Source: a virus
Taxonomy: Duplodnaviria > Caudoviricetes
DNA: 59,557 nt
Virus record (IMG/VR): IMGVR_UViG_3300018080_000200
Location: 1 to 59,557 of that record
Reading direction: 5' to 3' (one strand)
A program made the translations under genes and the position numbers. Positions 19,380-29,746 of the stretch are shown here, piece after piece (position 1 is the first letter of the stretch; each line of letters opens with the position of its first letter). The notes beneath the pieces were generated by a model that saw only the letters and a program-made list of their open reading frames with translations, made no database searches and was not told the DNA's origin.

Positions 19380-21232
19380 GTAAGAAAACTACTGTAGGGC
19401 GCTTATTATTAGAGAAAGCTATACCTGGTGAGTTCAAGTCTTCTTTATTGAAAATGGAGAATGCTACCAAGGGGGATCTACGCAGTTTCTTCCAGCATGT
19501 TGCTGACACTAAACCGGAGGCGTATAAGGGTGTCTTACAGCAGTTAAAGGATTTAGGGGATGACATTGCCACTACGGAAGGCTCTAGCTTTTCACTTTTA
19601 GATTTTACCCCTCCATTTAATAAAAAGGAAGTTTTAAAGCCTTTATTGAGTAAAATCAACAAAATAAGGAGTAGTTCTAAGCCGTTAGAGGAGCAGGAAG
19701 CGGAAGTAGGTAACTTACTCCAGGGTGCTTCTGGGAAGATCAGGGGTCTAACGCTAGAGTCGGCTCTAAAAAGGGGAGACGTCATCTCGCAAATGGTTGC
19801 CACCGGCACTAGAGGCAAACCTGCTCAGTTGAATATGATGGTAGGCTCTCCGTTAATGTTTACTGATCACCATAATAGACCTATCACTGTCCCCGTCATT
19901 AGTTCGTACTCGGAAGGATTAAAACCTTACGAGTACTGGACTGCTAGTTACGGTGCTCGTAAGGGTGTTATCTCCGAAAAGCTCTCTCTAAGAGATGCTG
20001 GGTATATGGGGAAACAGTTAGTGAGAGTGGCTAATACTCTTCTTGTTACAGCCGATGATTGCGGAGTCCAGAATGGTATTATGGAGTCAACCTCAGGATC
20101 GGATGCTGTTGGGCGTTACTTAGCTAGGTCTGAGGGAGGATACCCGAGAAATACTTTAGTTACTGCTGAAGTATTGTCTGGTTTAGTGAAGCGTGGAGTT
20201 AAGTCGGTTATGGTGCGGTCCCCTCTAACCTGTGAAGCTACGAACGGTATCTGTAAGTACTGCTCTGGTCAAAATGAAAAGAGTAAACTACCGGAATTAG
20301 GAGAAAATGTAGGAATAAACGCAGCGCATTCGATGAGTGAACCTTTGATGCAAATGACTCTGAATGTAAAACATTCTGGAGGTGTAGCCGGTGGCGGTGG
20401 GGTTGGCGGTTTTAAGCTACTAAAACAGTTGACCACTATACCAAAAAACTTTACGCATGGTTCCATACTTTCTGAGAAAGCGGGTACTGTTGAGAAGGTA
20501 GTAGAGGCCCCGCAGGGAGGGCACTATATAACAGTTGGAGAGCAAAAGCATTACTCCCCTCCCCTATTGACTGTTATTAAAAAAGTTGGAGATTCCGTCG
20601 AACAAGGGGATCAACTTACAGATGGGATAGTCAATCCTTCCGATGTGACTAGATTAAAGGGTGTTGGGGCTGGTCGGCTATACTGGGCCCGGGCAATGGA
20701 AAAGGTTATGCGGGATAATGGGGTAAAACTGTGGAAGCCTAATTACGAGATTATAGCTAAAGGCTTAGTGAATCACGTTAGAGTAGAAGATCCAGAGGGA
20801 CTAGGGGACAGTTTACCCGATGATGTTATAGAGTACTCGGCGAATGCCAATTCATTGATTCCTCAGAGTGCATTAGTTACCAATAATGTTAGACAAACCT
20901 TAGGGCAATACCTTGGGCAGAATGTATTGCATTATACTATTGGGACTAAGATAACTCCTAGCGTTATGAGGGACATCCAACGCGCCAAAATACAAGATGT
21001 AAAAGTAACAAATACTCCCCCTAGTGTTACTCCAGTGATGCTACGTAGTGCAGATGTTCCGCAAGCAAAAAAAGATTGGCAAGCGCAATTAGGGGCAACA
21101 AATTTAAAAAGAAATTTACTAAAGGCTATCTCTCGTGGTATGATAAGTAAGAGGCACGGGCTTCATCCTGAACCAGCTTTAGCGTACGGGTTGGAATTCG
21201 GTAAGCCAGTAGCTGGAAAAATAGGGTACTAG
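19376..21232 (+). CDS. rpoC: Multisubunit RNA polymerase beta' C-terminal part
   Basis: GTRG, bridge helix EGLKPYEYWTASYGARKG..DAGYMGKQL, DDCG, RSPLTC..GICKYC zinc site, trigger loop GINAAHSMSEPLMQMTLNVKHSGG. Confidence 0.95.
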   Translation: MSKKTTVGRLLLEKAIPGEFKSSLLKMENATKGDLRSFFQHVADTKPEAYKGVLQQLKDLGDDIATTEGSSFSLLDFTPPFNKKEVLKPLLSKINKIRSSSKPLEEQEAEVGNLLQGASGKIRGLTLESALKRGDVISQMVATGTRGKPAQLNMMVGSPLMFTDHHNRPITVPVISSYSEGLKPYEYWTASYGARKGVISEKLSLRDAGYMGKQLVRVANTLLVTADDCGVQNGIMESTSGSDAVGRYLARSEGGYPRNTLVTAEVLSGLVKRGVKSVMVRSPLTCEATNGICKYCSGQNEKSKLPELGENVGINAAHSMSEPLMQMTLNVKHSGGVAGGGGVGGFKLLKQLTTIPKNFTHGSILSEKAGTVEKVVEAPQGGHYITVGEQKHYSPPLLTVIKKVGDSVEQGDQLTDGIVNPSDVTRLKGVGAGRLYWARAMEKVMRDNGVKLWKPNYEIIAKGLVNHVRVEDPEGLGDSLPDDVIEYSANANSLIPQSALVTNNVRQTLGQYLGQNVLHYTIGTKITPSVMRDIQRAKIQDVKVTNTPPSVTPVMLRSADVPQAKKDWQAQLGATNLKRNLLKAISRGMISKRHGLHPEPALAYGLEFGKPVAGKIGY

Positions 21233-21233
21233 T

Positions 21234-23441
21234 ATGAATGAAGATTTTCAAGTTGCCTTTAGTGATATGGCTTACAGTAGGTTGCAGGGAGAGGCGCAAC
21301 CACTACTGCCATACTTGCTAGGGTTTGAGGTTGTGGATAAAAACGACAGTAACACGCAAGCTGTGGGCATATTTATATTCCAAATATATGATCTACACTT
21401 ATATGTCCCTGTATTCTTTATTAATGGTGAGGTAAAGCCTGTCATTCTATTGTATTTACCTAAGCAAGATCTTTTCGTTCCTTTGACGCCAGAGTATATT
21501 AGGCATATATTGAAACGGGCGACAATGAAATTCGGGGAGGGTGTCTCTAAGGAGGAGTCTGAAGTATTTGCTCGTCCTTCTCTAGAACGCCTCATACTTC
21601 CACCTAGAACTGGTAAATATGCTTCTATAAAAGGTACCCCTAGTGATATCTTTGTTAGAATGCTCTACTCTGGATGGCAGTTAGAACCTAATGTGCTGCA
21701 CAAGGCCGGTCAGGCGTACCCTCTTCCTATCGTTCGGACCTTCGCTGAAGATACCGACCTTATTAAAGTCGCAGACAAGCTGGGAATAATGGATAGCATT
21801 TTAGCATTAGTTAGTAATGCCCCCATTATTTACAAAGAAGCTACCAAAATAGAGGATTCGAAAGTCCGGGTAGTTGAAGAAGGCGACGATGACTTCATTA
21901 CCGAGGTTAGAAAATCTAAGGTTAATAAGAAGAAGGCCATTCGTAAACGTTTTGTAGTAACCGATGACGGCGACAACACAGTTCAACTTTATGACACTCA
22001 ATACACGGAAAAGATACAGAATCCCAATTCTAACGGAGTGTACCTTTTAATAGCAGCCGATGGTTCGCTCGTACCTGTGATTGTTATAATGTCTCCAAAA
22101 GACTGCAACACTATGCATGGGAGTACTCATACATTAGTTTATAGCTGGGAAGACGATCAGTATGCTATCCGTCCGGCAGAGAGGATTTGGGTAACTTCTA
22201 GTTATAAGGTCGATAACCTTGACAAGGTTATGAAACAAGGCGTAGAAGTAGACAAGGTTAAAGTAGGCAAAATGTATTTTTTAATGTGCCCTTCAGCTAT
22301 GATGTTTACTTCAGGGCATGCCTCTGAACCTTTTTTAGTTAAGAATAAGGTTACAACTACTGATGGTACTGTCTATTTGTCCGTTAAACCTTGCTACTAT
22401 AACGATGATTGGATCTCTAAACCCAGTGAAGGGTTAAACAGAGAGCAGTCTGACGGTATGACCGGATTCTTGGGCGAGGACCGTAGAGGTCAATCTTCGG
22501 AGACTTATTCTGAAGACGATGAGTACAAAGGGGGGCCGCGTCTTCTCGCTAAGATTTATATGACGGATTCCGATAGCAGGGACCTGACTCAAATAGGAAC
22601 TGGGTTAGCGGTCCCTAAACACTATCGCTTCTTTGAACTTACCGGGGAATGTGGTAGTTGCGGTTCATTACAAATTGGAGATCCTGGAACTTTAAATACT
22701 GCTATTCGTTTTAAACGTGGGTACAAGATGCTTAAGGTTCGCTCTGACGGGGCTGAGTATTTTACAAGTTTAGACGAGGCCCCTTGGAAGAAGTTTAATA
22801 AAGAGGCTGCTCTAGCCCAGCATTTGGTAGGACTTGGATTGAATACCCAGTCTATAGAGAGAATACTGGAGGACGTAGGGGCATGCTTACAGCATAAGTA
22901 TATGGTTAAATCTTCACAGTACAATCAAATGGACCCCACGTTGATGACCGATCCTACTTATTCTGCTGCATTCACACAGATACCAGAAGAAAGAATCTTT
23001 CCCGCGACAACGGAGCCTCCTCTTAACCCGCCGAGGCCTATGGGCGAAGGTGAGAATCTTTACCTGGGTCCTAGAGGAGTGCCTGGGGTATTAGGCCAAG
23101 CACCCGCTAACCCAGTAGGAGCGATGAAGGGGCTTGAGGCACTGGGGGATGATCAGCTGTTTGAGCACGGTATGCTTGCAGCGATTGCGTCTACCAGCGA
23201 TACTCTAGGGATGGTCAGTTCTTTTATACCTACTCTTAATGCGGCTGTTGATAAGTTAGCTAGAATTATTTTCTTATTTTGGTATAAGGCAGAAGACTTC
23301 CAAGATCTATTTCAAATAACGGAATATAATACCCAAGAGGATATGCTGGTACAAACGTTTAAGAATCTTGGTACTTTAGTCCTATCTTTTCAGAAAAAAG
23401 CTGCACCAGATAATGTGGAGTTAGAGCTTCATGGAAGTTGA
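21234..23441 (+). CDS. Large hypothetical virion protein (putative inner head/core)
   Basis: 735 aa; multiple KxA sites; P/G-rich linker before helical C-terminus. Confidence 0.7.
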   Translation: MNEDFQVAFSDMAYSRLQGEAQPLLPYLLGFEVVDKNDSNTQAVGIFIFQIYDLHLYVPVFFINGEVKPVILLYLPKQDLFVPLTPEYIRHILKRATMKFGEGVSKEESEVFARPSLERLILPPRTGKYASIKGTPSDIFVRMLYSGWQLEPNVLHKAGQAYPLPIVRTFAEDTDLIKVADKLGIMDSILALVSNAPIIYKEATKIEDSKVRVVEEGDDDFITEVRKSKVNKKKAIRKRFVVTDDGDNTVQLYDTQYTEKIQNPNSNGVYLLIAADGSLVPVIVIMSPKDCNTMHGSTHTLVYSWEDDQYAIRPAERIWVTSSYKVDNLDKVMKQGVEVDKVKVGKMYFLMCPSAMMFTSGHASEPFLVKNKVTTTDGTVYLSVKPCYYNDDWISKPSEGLNREQSDGMTGFLGEDRRGQSSETYSEDDEYKGGPRLLAKIYMTDSDSRDLTQIGTGLAVPKHYRFFELTGECGSCGSLQIGDPGTLNTAIRFKRGYKMLKVRSDGAEYFTSLDEAPWKKFNKEAALAQHLVGLGLNTQSIERILEDVGACLQHKYMVKSSQYNQMDPTLMTDPTYSAAFTQIPEERIFPATTEPPLNPPRPMGEGENLYLGPRGVPGVLGQAPANPVGAMKGLEALGDDQLFEHGMLAAIASTSDTLGMVSSFIPTLNAAVDKLARIIFLFWYKAEDFQDLFQITEYNTQEDMLVQTFKNLGTLVLSFQKKAAPDNVELELHGS

Positions 23442-24111
23442 TCACCTTAGTAAGCCGTTTGATTGGCGTGCGCAAAACGCAAGATCTTTGGAGCCAACTA
23501 TAGATGCGCTCTGCAAAGACTACCGCGATTACCTACGCGGCGATAATACCGATTACCGGTTTAGAGTAGCCAGGCAATTGCATGATAAGCCTGCTTTTAA
23601 AAGGCAAGTGGAGGCGATGCTTTTAGCCGGATTTTCTAGTGAGGAGTGCGCCGCTAAATTTAAAATAGGACCGGAGATCGTAGACACTTACAAGCAGCTA
23701 TTCTTTGACCTTGATACCAAAAACTCGGAAGCAGAATGCCTAGAGGCTGTAATGAATGACCCTTCTTATAGCGGCGATCAGTTTAAAGTAGTGGCTAGAC
23801 TACTGGGTCGAGAAGCTTTGATGTTTACTCTGGGGTACAAGACGAATATCACAAAGGAGTCTTCCGATAATATACGCCGCCGCCTGGAGTACGCGCTCCT
23901 CTTGCAGTGCGCGAGAATAGAGTTAATTGACCCAGAGGAAGACCAGCAGTTCAAAATTATCTTGAAAGCTATTGAAACATTAGGTAAATTAGAGTCTACG
24001 AAGGCTGATGCCGCACTTTCTAATGTACAGCAGATACTTTCTACAATTTCTGATAAGCTGACAGTTTACCAAGGTAAGCCTAAGAGAAGCAGAGAGGATT
24101 TGGGAATATGA
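23431..24111 (+). CDS. Hypothetical helical protein (possible HTH)
   Basis: AMLLAGFSSEECAAKFKIGPEIVDTYKQLFFD resembles an HTH. Confidence 0.65.
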   Translation: MEVDHLSKPFDWRAQNARSLEPTIDALCKDYRDYLRGDNTDYRFRVARQLHDKPAFKRQVEAMLLAGFSSEECAAKFKIGPEIVDTYKQLFFDLDTKNSEAECLEAVMNDPSYSGDQFKVVARLLGREALMFTLGYKTNITKESSDNIRRRLEYALLLQCARIELIDPEEDQQFKIILKAIETLGKLESTKADAALSNVQQILSTISDKLTVYQGKPKRSREDLGI

Positions 24112-25304
24112 GTGAGATATACTCTATCATTGCAGATGCCACTCTTGAGGCGGCGACCCTTTTACGCTCGGGGGTTTCTCCTACTGATGCAGTAGAGAAG
24201 GTTGCTATAAGCAATGAGCTAACTCTTGACTCTGTAGATCGAGTTACGGAGGCTCTTAATACTGCGCAGATGCTTTCGGTTCTGAAGAAAGACGCTAGTG
24301 AGCGTCGGACAGAGTTTGAAGTAGCCGATAGCACAGAGGTGAAAAGACGTTTAACAAAAAAGGCGGTCAAAACAGCCGAGTGGCATGGCAATGACCCCTT
24401 TATGGACTACTATGCTCCCACTCTTAGGAAGAAATACATCCCTCCTCCTACTGTGGAAGTTTTACAAAAAACAGCAACAGCTACCCCTAACCAGATTTTA
24501 AAGCAGCTTAACTCTATTAGTAAGGTTGCCGAATTAGCTGTTATGGAATTACACACTACTGGGAGAGAGTTGTTGCGGAAACTTGCAGAGGTTAAACCCT
24601 TACTTCCCTCATTACACAATATTTTAGCGGTATGTTCTGATGAACCTTACTGTGGGAACGCTATGGAGTATTTAACTAAAGTAGCAGGGGTAAGTAGTTT
24701 GTCGCCTCCGGATTCTTTGGTTGATTCTTCAGAGTTTGCACCATTCAGGGATTTCTGTAGGCTATTGCAGAAGTACGATGCTCTAGAAAAAGTGGCTAAG
24801 GATTACGCGGATCTCTATAAAACGGCGCATGAGAAATTTAAAGAGACAGTCTACTCTTCAATGGAGAAGGACGCTGCCGGTATTGCACCTTTTATATCTT
24901 CCGGACTATGGGCAGGGCGGTTGGGGCAGTCTGCAATGGGTATGAGAGAGAGTAATCTGGCAAAACGGCAGACTGGCCTACAAAGTGTAAAAGAGTTAAT
25001 TTCTGCAGTTAAGAAAGCCAGAAAACTACAGCAAATTGTAAAAGGAGATGAGATCTTACGAGAGCAACCGCCGGAGAAAGTTCTTAGTGCTTACAATATG
25101 CTTAACGCTATGTCTGGAATGGCTGCTACTCAAGAGCCAGTCGTTAGGGCGTTCTTACGCCAGGCAGTCTTGCACGGGGACACTCTTACTGGGTTTGATG
25201 TTAAGCAATACTTAGACCTTGAGAAAGGGTTAAGAGAACTCGACTATATTAATAAGGGCAAACTAAGCCCTACACAGCAATTAAAAAATGTGAGGGGTAA
25301 GTAA
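24108..25304 (+). CDS. KxA-rich helical virion protein
   Basis: At least nine KxA sites (EKVA, VKTA, QKTA, SKVA, RKLA, TKVA, EKVA, YKTA, EKDA). Confidence 0.75.
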   Translation: MSEIYSIIADATLEAATLLRSGVSPTDAVEKVAISNELTLDSVDRVTEALNTAQMLSVLKKDASERRTEFEVADSTEVKRRLTKKAVKTAEWHGNDPFMDYYAPTLRKKYIPPPTVEVLQKTATATPNQILKQLNSISKVAELAVMELHTTGRELLRKLAEVKPLLPSLHNILAVCSDEPYCGNAMEYLTKVAGVSSLSPPDSLVDSSEFAPFRDFCRLLQKYDALEKVAKDYADLYKTAHEKFKETVYSSMEKDAAGIAPFISSGLWAGRLGQSAMGMRESNLAKRQTGLQSVKELISAVKKARKLQQIVKGDEILREQPPEKVLSAYNMLNAMSGMAATQEPVVRAFLRQAVLHGDTLTGFDVKQYLDLEKGLRELDYINKGKLSPTQQLKNVRGK

Positions 25305-25651
25305 TGCAGTTACGATTTATTAAGACGTTAGAGAATAACATCTACCAAATCCAAATTGTCCCAGAAAATTACTCGCAGGGGGAACTTGCCCTAATGGAGA
25401 AATACGGGGAGCCTACTATAGAGACTGGCGGGACAGGTTCGTTGTCTCCGGCGTACGAGTTTCCTACTGACCCGCGGGATATTAACTCCGGTTTTCCGTT
25501 TACTCGGTCTATCTCTGCAGAGGATGACGCCCAAGCAGAAGCTAAAATGAATAATTGGCAGACTGAGATGACCACCGCGTTTACTAATGCTATGGCTACT
25601 CTTAGATCACTTTCTGATACCTTTACAAATATAGTAGTGGAGACCATCTAG
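25304..25651 (+). CDS. Hypothetical protein
   Basis: TAATG coupling, gagggg SD. Confidence 0.65.
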   Translation: MQLRFIKTLENNIYQIQIVPENYSQGELALMEKYGEPTIETGGTGSLSPAYEFPTDPRDINSGFPFTRSISAEDDAQAEAKMNNWQTEMTTAFTNAMATLRSLSDTFTNIVVETI

Positions 25652-26037
25652 TGGATAGCTATCTGGTGAAAAAGGCTACTGTTTTTGGTATTATACGAGA
25701 CCAACTTATTCGACAAGATGTTGATGAACCAACCGCAATTAAAGCGGCTGCTCTAGTAATCAAACAAGCCGAAGAAGGATGGGTACAGCAACTTCTTTCA
25801 AGAGTCAATGAGAACCCTACTCTACGTAATGCCTTGTACGGAGGACTAGGAGGTACCGCGGCCGGTGCGACGTTAGGTATCCTAGAACCGGAACCAGAGA
25901 TTTCTTATAAAAAGAAGCTGCAGAGAGTACTCCAAAAGGCTTTAACGACTGGCCTGATTACATCGGCTGTATCAGGTGGTTTAACGGCTTTGCCAAAATT
26001 CACACAAGGGCTGGAAAAGAAATATCAAACGACATGA
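25651..26037 (+). CDS. Glycine-zipper protein with KxA leader
   Basis: IKAA, IKQA then ALYGGLGGTAAGATLG. Confidence 0.7.
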   Translation: MDSYLVKKATVFGIIRDQLIRQDVDEPTAIKAAALVIKQAEEGWVQQLLSRVNENPTLRNALYGGLGGTAAGATLGILEPEPEISYKKKLQRVLQKALTTGLITSAVSGGLTALPKFTQGLEKKYQTT

Positions 26038-26198
26038 GTATTATCAAAATCATAGACATTTCTGTGCCGATGTTTCGTTTGCCAGCAAATTATGAAAATG
26101 TTCTTGAGATTCTTTCTAAAGATGTGGTACAATCTGAAGATACACAAACAGCAGAAGCAGTAAAACATGATAACAAAGATTATAAGCAACAGCTTTAA
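26034..26198 (+). CDS. Small ORF not in the ORF track (54 aa)
   Basis: ATGA overlap with the upstream stop; MSIIKIIDISVPMFRLPANYENVLEILSKD... fills the gap. Confidence 0.45.
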   Translation: MSIIKIIDISVPMFRLPANYENVLEILSKDVVQSEDTQTAEAVKHDNKDYKQQL

Positions 26199-27483
26199 CT
26201 TCGGAGAAGCCACCATACAAACTATACCTATGGTTAAGGCCGCCAGTCCTAACTATGGGGAGTTCGGGGCATTTATAGAGAGTCTAAAGCCTGAGCCAGG
26301 TCATACTAAACTTCTGATGTTGGCTCTTGGGGCTGGGGAGACATATGGGTGTAACAGGAACGGAGATTACTTCCCGGAGTTAGCCTTAGTAGAGCATCAC
26401 AAAACTTTTGAAGAATTCGGCCATAACTATAAACATCATATTAACAAAGACCCTAATCGTAGTTACGGTAAAGTAGTAAAATCATACTGGAACCCCAGAA
26501 TGAAGCGGGTCGAGTTAATAGTTGATGTTGATAATTCGAAGGCACCAGACATACTTGTTAGAGTAGACGCCGGTGAGTTGATACCAGTCTCCATGGCTTG
26601 TAAAGTCCCATATGATATTTGCTCTATTTGTGACAACCGCGCTAAGACTATTGATAATTATTGCGACCATTTAAAGAATCATATGGGGGAGATACTGCCC
26701 GGTGGTAAGCAAGTATACGCCGTTAATACCAAGCCTGTATTTTTCGATATCAGCTATGTTATCAAACCAGCAGACAGGACAGCATATGTTTTGCAAAAAG
26801 TCGCAACAGCTTCTGAGGCTACACAAGCCCTTCCTAATAAGAAGGATATCTTTCTAAAATCCGCCCTACTTAGAAAGCTGTCCGCAATAGAGAAGAACCT
26901 TTTAAACTACGGTACGGATGTTACCGATACAATTTCTAAAACACTTCCTGAAGAATCTATTTCGGATGAAATATTAGATCAGTTAAAGAAATATCCTAAA
27001 GAAGTAGCGCTAGGCAGTCTAGCTAAAAATGGAATAATACTCTCTCTGTCCGATTTCTTGAAACTTCTCCTTCCCCAGACAAGAATTGCGGACGATACCC
27101 TTGATGAAGTCCGGCCGTGCGTGTCATTCAGTAGTTTAAATGAGGACGATTTAGGTTTGCCTGAGTTACTACGGCCGGCTTCTCTTTTTTCGGATATAGA
27201 ATCGCTAATAGGTAAATTAAAGGACCGGTTTTCGCTGTTACCAGAGCAGGCTGGAAGACGGGCCTTACAGATTTCGTTTAGTTCTCCGCCTAAGATTAGA
27301 CTTCGTATATTCCCTGGCGGTATGTCAGTAGGCTCTAGTAGGAGCAGCGGAGGCATGACTATAAAGAAGTCGGCTGCCCAACAGTTGGCTGACGTCTATT
27401 CTCTTTATAAGTTATCTGGTACGGCGCTGTGCCCAGGCCAAAATGATAATTTATTTCTATCACTAGTTGTCTCACAGAGGTAA
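26167..27483 (+). CDS. Putative prohead maturation protease with Cys/His zinc-binding insert
   Basis: NRNGDYFP, HHINKD..SYGKV, VSMACKVPYDICSIC..YCDH, FFDISYVIKPAD; sits upstream of scaffold and MCP. Confidence 0.75.
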   Translation: MITKIISNSFNFGEATIQTIPMVKAASPNYGEFGAFIESLKPEPGHTKLLMLALGAGETYGCNRNGDYFPELALVEHHKTFEEFGHNYKHHINKDPNRSYGKVVKSYWNPRMKRVELIVDVDNSKAPDILVRVDAGELIPVSMACKVPYDICSICDNRAKTIDNYCDHLKNHMGEILPGGKQVYAVNTKPVFFDISYVIKPADRTAYVLQKVATASEATQALPNKKDIFLKSALLRKLSAIEKNLLNYGTDVTDTISKTLPEESISDEILDQLKKYPKEVALGSLAKNGIILSLSDFLKLLLPQTRIADDTLDEVRPCVSFSSLNEDDLGLPELLRPASLFSDIESLIGKLKDRFSLLPEQAGRRALQISFSSPPKIRLRIFPGGMSVGSSRSSGGMTIKKSAAQQLADVYSLYKLSGTALCPGQNDNLFLSLVVSQR

Positions 27484-27538
27484 CTGTAGGTAGAAGTGGC
27501 CGGTAACTAAGTGCTTGTTTTCAAAATAGGAGATCCTA

Positions 27539-28924
27539 ATGACTCGTGACTTAGGTAACATGCTCGTCGAGCTACGCTCTTGGATAGATAAATCCGCAGA
27601 AGAGCGTTTGTCAGACGGGAATGTTCTTAGTGGAAATCGGCGAGCTACCGACGGAGCAGGTGAAAGCACCCCACCTCCTAAGGCAACTAGCCCAGACCTC
27701 GAACATCCTCAGATTGAACAAACTGGGGATAAAGACAAACAGAATAAGTTCAATATTGCCCAACAAGGCAACGAGAAGAGCACTAAGGCTACGTCCTTAA
27801 GCCAATCTCCGCCGTCTCAGAAAGTTGCTGCATTAGCTAATGAGTTACTTTCTAAACTCGACACTTTTACTTCTAACAAGTCTGCCGCGCATACAGCTGG
27901 TAGTGAGGCTGCTGAGAATATTATTAAAAGCATTCTTTCGAAATCTGCAGCGGAGGACGACTCTGAAGAAGAGTCTAAGAGCGAGAGTATGAAAGAAGAA
28001 GAGCGAGCGGCCGAAGGTGAGGAAAGCCCGGCAGAAGAGTATCCTGCAAACGACGAAGAGGAAATAGAGATCGAAAAGCTCTCCTCGGATCAGCAAGCTA
28101 AGTACTATAGGTACAAGGAAGCCGGCGCACAAGCTTGTCGTGAGTTTATTGCGGCTGTGCAACAGCAGCAGGGTCCTGCGCTTCAAAAACAAGCAGCCGA
28201 AGCTGAAGCTGCTGGCCGCGAGTTTGCGAAAGTAGTCGAGCAAGCTCGGCTGGAAGGGTACAAACAAGCGCAAGCCGAAGTGGCACAGGCTATTGATATG
28301 CAGAAGAGAGCTGCAGAAGCTGCCGAACAACAGAAGATGTTCATTCAAAAGTCCGTAGAGGATGCTTTGAACAACTCTGTTAAGCAGGCGGAGGCCCAGA
28401 TTGCTGCTCAAGACCGCCAAAAAGAGCAAGACAATATAGCAAAAATCGCTGCTTGGCTCAACGACTTACAAGGGAACGGAGGGACCCCCCGCCCTTTCGT
28501 AAGTAAGGCAGCTGCTCATATAGACCAAGTGCACCCTATCCTTAGCGGCCTTCTAGGTGAAGGTACTATTGACGATACAGAAAAGCAGAAGGTGCTCGAC
28601 TATATTGCTGCTGCCGAAGCATTGAATGAAAAAACGATTGCAGAAGCAGTAAAAGAAATCAATAACCCGGAGGTAGTTGCTGAACGGCTCTCTCGAACCA
28701 TTCTACAACACAATGCCCATCCGGCTCCTTCTCCCGATCCCGCTATGCCTGTTAGCCAAGTTAGCCCATCGGCTCAAGAAGCTGTTTACACTGGTACAGT
28801 TTCTCAGCATCCTATTCCGGGGAGCTTGGAAGAACGAGAAGGAGATGAGAGCTCTATAGAAGTACAGGCAGCCGCAAAAAAGGTTTTGCAAGAAGCCCTG
28901 GCTAGTTTAAAAGGAGGCGCATAA
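27539..28924 (+). CDS. Putative head scaffolding protein
   Basis: Acidic A/E/Q-rich coiled protein with about 11 KxA sites, between protease and capsid genes; aggag SD. Confidence 0.7.
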   Translation: MTRDLGNMLVELRSWIDKSAEERLSDGNVLSGNRRATDGAGESTPPPKATSPDLEHPQIEQTGDKDKQNKFNIAQQGNEKSTKATSLSQSPPSQKVAALANELLSKLDTFTSNKSAAHTAGSEAAENIIKSILSKSAAEDDSEEESKSESMKEEERAAEGEESPAEEYPANDEEEIEIEKLSSDQQAKYYRYKEAGAQACREFIAAVQQQQGPALQKQAAEAEAAGREFAKVVEQARLEGYKQAQAEVAQAIDMQKRAAEAAEQQKMFIQKSVEDALNNSVKQAEAQIAAQDRQKEQDNIAKIAAWLNDLQGNGGTPRPFVSKAAAHIDQVHPILSGLLGEGTIDDTEKQKVLDYIAAAEALNEKTIAEAVKEINNPEVVAERLSRTILQHNAHPAPSPDPAMPVSQVSPSAQEAVYTGTVSQHPIPGSLEEREGDESSIEVQAAAKKVLQEALASLKGGA

Positions 28925-29281
28925 GTGGATACCGTACAGGTGCCTATAAGCTTCTTAGCTAAGGTAGCTCAATATATTAGCGCTTCCCAGGCTCATGTAG
29001 AGACTTTGGAGAAGACCGCTTCTCAGCGAAATGACGAACTTAGGGACAAAGTGGCCCACGCTGTTGGACTTATGGTGGATAAGGGGTATGTTGCTACTGA
29101 CGCGTCTACCCAGCTAGTTGATGATCTAACCCACTACCCTGAGAAGATCGCTGAGGTACTTAGTCAGATTGTTAGATCAGCAGAATTACCTACTTTAGGT
29201 TCACCTTCGGGGCAGCCTGATACGCCGGCACTGGACGAAGTTACCAGGTTTGCGCTTGAAGGCCCCAAGATGTATACATAG
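28925..29281 (+). CDS. Head assembly-associated KxA protein
   Basis: AKVA, EKTA, DKVA, EKIA; aggagg SD. Confidence 0.65.
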   Translation: MDTVQVPISFLAKVAQYISASQAHVETLEKTASQRNDELRDKVAHAVGLMVDKGYVATDASTQLVDDLTHYPEKIAEVLSQIVRSAELPTLGSPSGQPDTPALDEVTRFALEGPKMYT

Positions 29282-29297
29282 GAGGTTTTAATAACCA

Positions 29298-29735
29298 ATG
29301 GCTATTAACATGGCAAGGGGCTGGCCGTTTGAAGGAGCTATTATAGACAACTTCCCTCAAGCTGCCGGCGCAAACATTGTTGAAGGAATGGCTTGCAAGC
29401 TCAACTCCAGCGGTGAGCTGGTTAAAGCAGACGGTACTCAGTACGAAGTTGCCTGGGTTGCCTACGACTGTTATACTGCCACCGACGTTCGAGCAGGAAA
29501 GAAACTGCCCGTTGCTCTAAACGGCGTAGTTCAAACCACGGAGTATGTGGCAGGTAGCTACCCACCAGGAACGCAGGTGCAGATTAGCGCTGTTGCCGGG
29601 CAAGAGGGGTTAATCATCCCCCATGCCGGTGGTACTGCGCCCACTTATGGATGGGTCCTTCGGGGCGAGGTAACGTTCGATGGAACCACGTACCTTGAGA
29701 TTATCAAGGTCGTTCCTAACGGCACAGCCCAGTAA
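29298..29735 (+). CDS. Putative head decoration/cement protein
   Basis: 145 aa beta-rich ORF directly upstream of MCP; EGMACKLNSSGELVKA..YPPGTQV. Confidence 0.6.
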   Translation: MAINMARGWPFEGAIIDNFPQAAGANIVEGMACKLNSSGELVKADGTQYEVAWVAYDCYTATDVRAGKKLPVALNGVVQTTEYVAGSYPPGTQVQISAVAGQEGLIIPHAGGTAPTYGWVLRGEVTFDGTTYLEIIKVVPNGTAQ

Positions 29736-29746
29736 AGGAGGACGTA

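Noticed and set aside
13996-21232. Host chromosomal rpoBC operon
   Set aside because: Highly divergent, split at a non-cellular position, no ribosomal protein neighbours, surrounded by virion genes
26167-27483. Intein in the protease or RNAP genes
   Set aside because: No C/S...HN splice junctions or LAGLIDADG blocks; conserved motifs are contiguous
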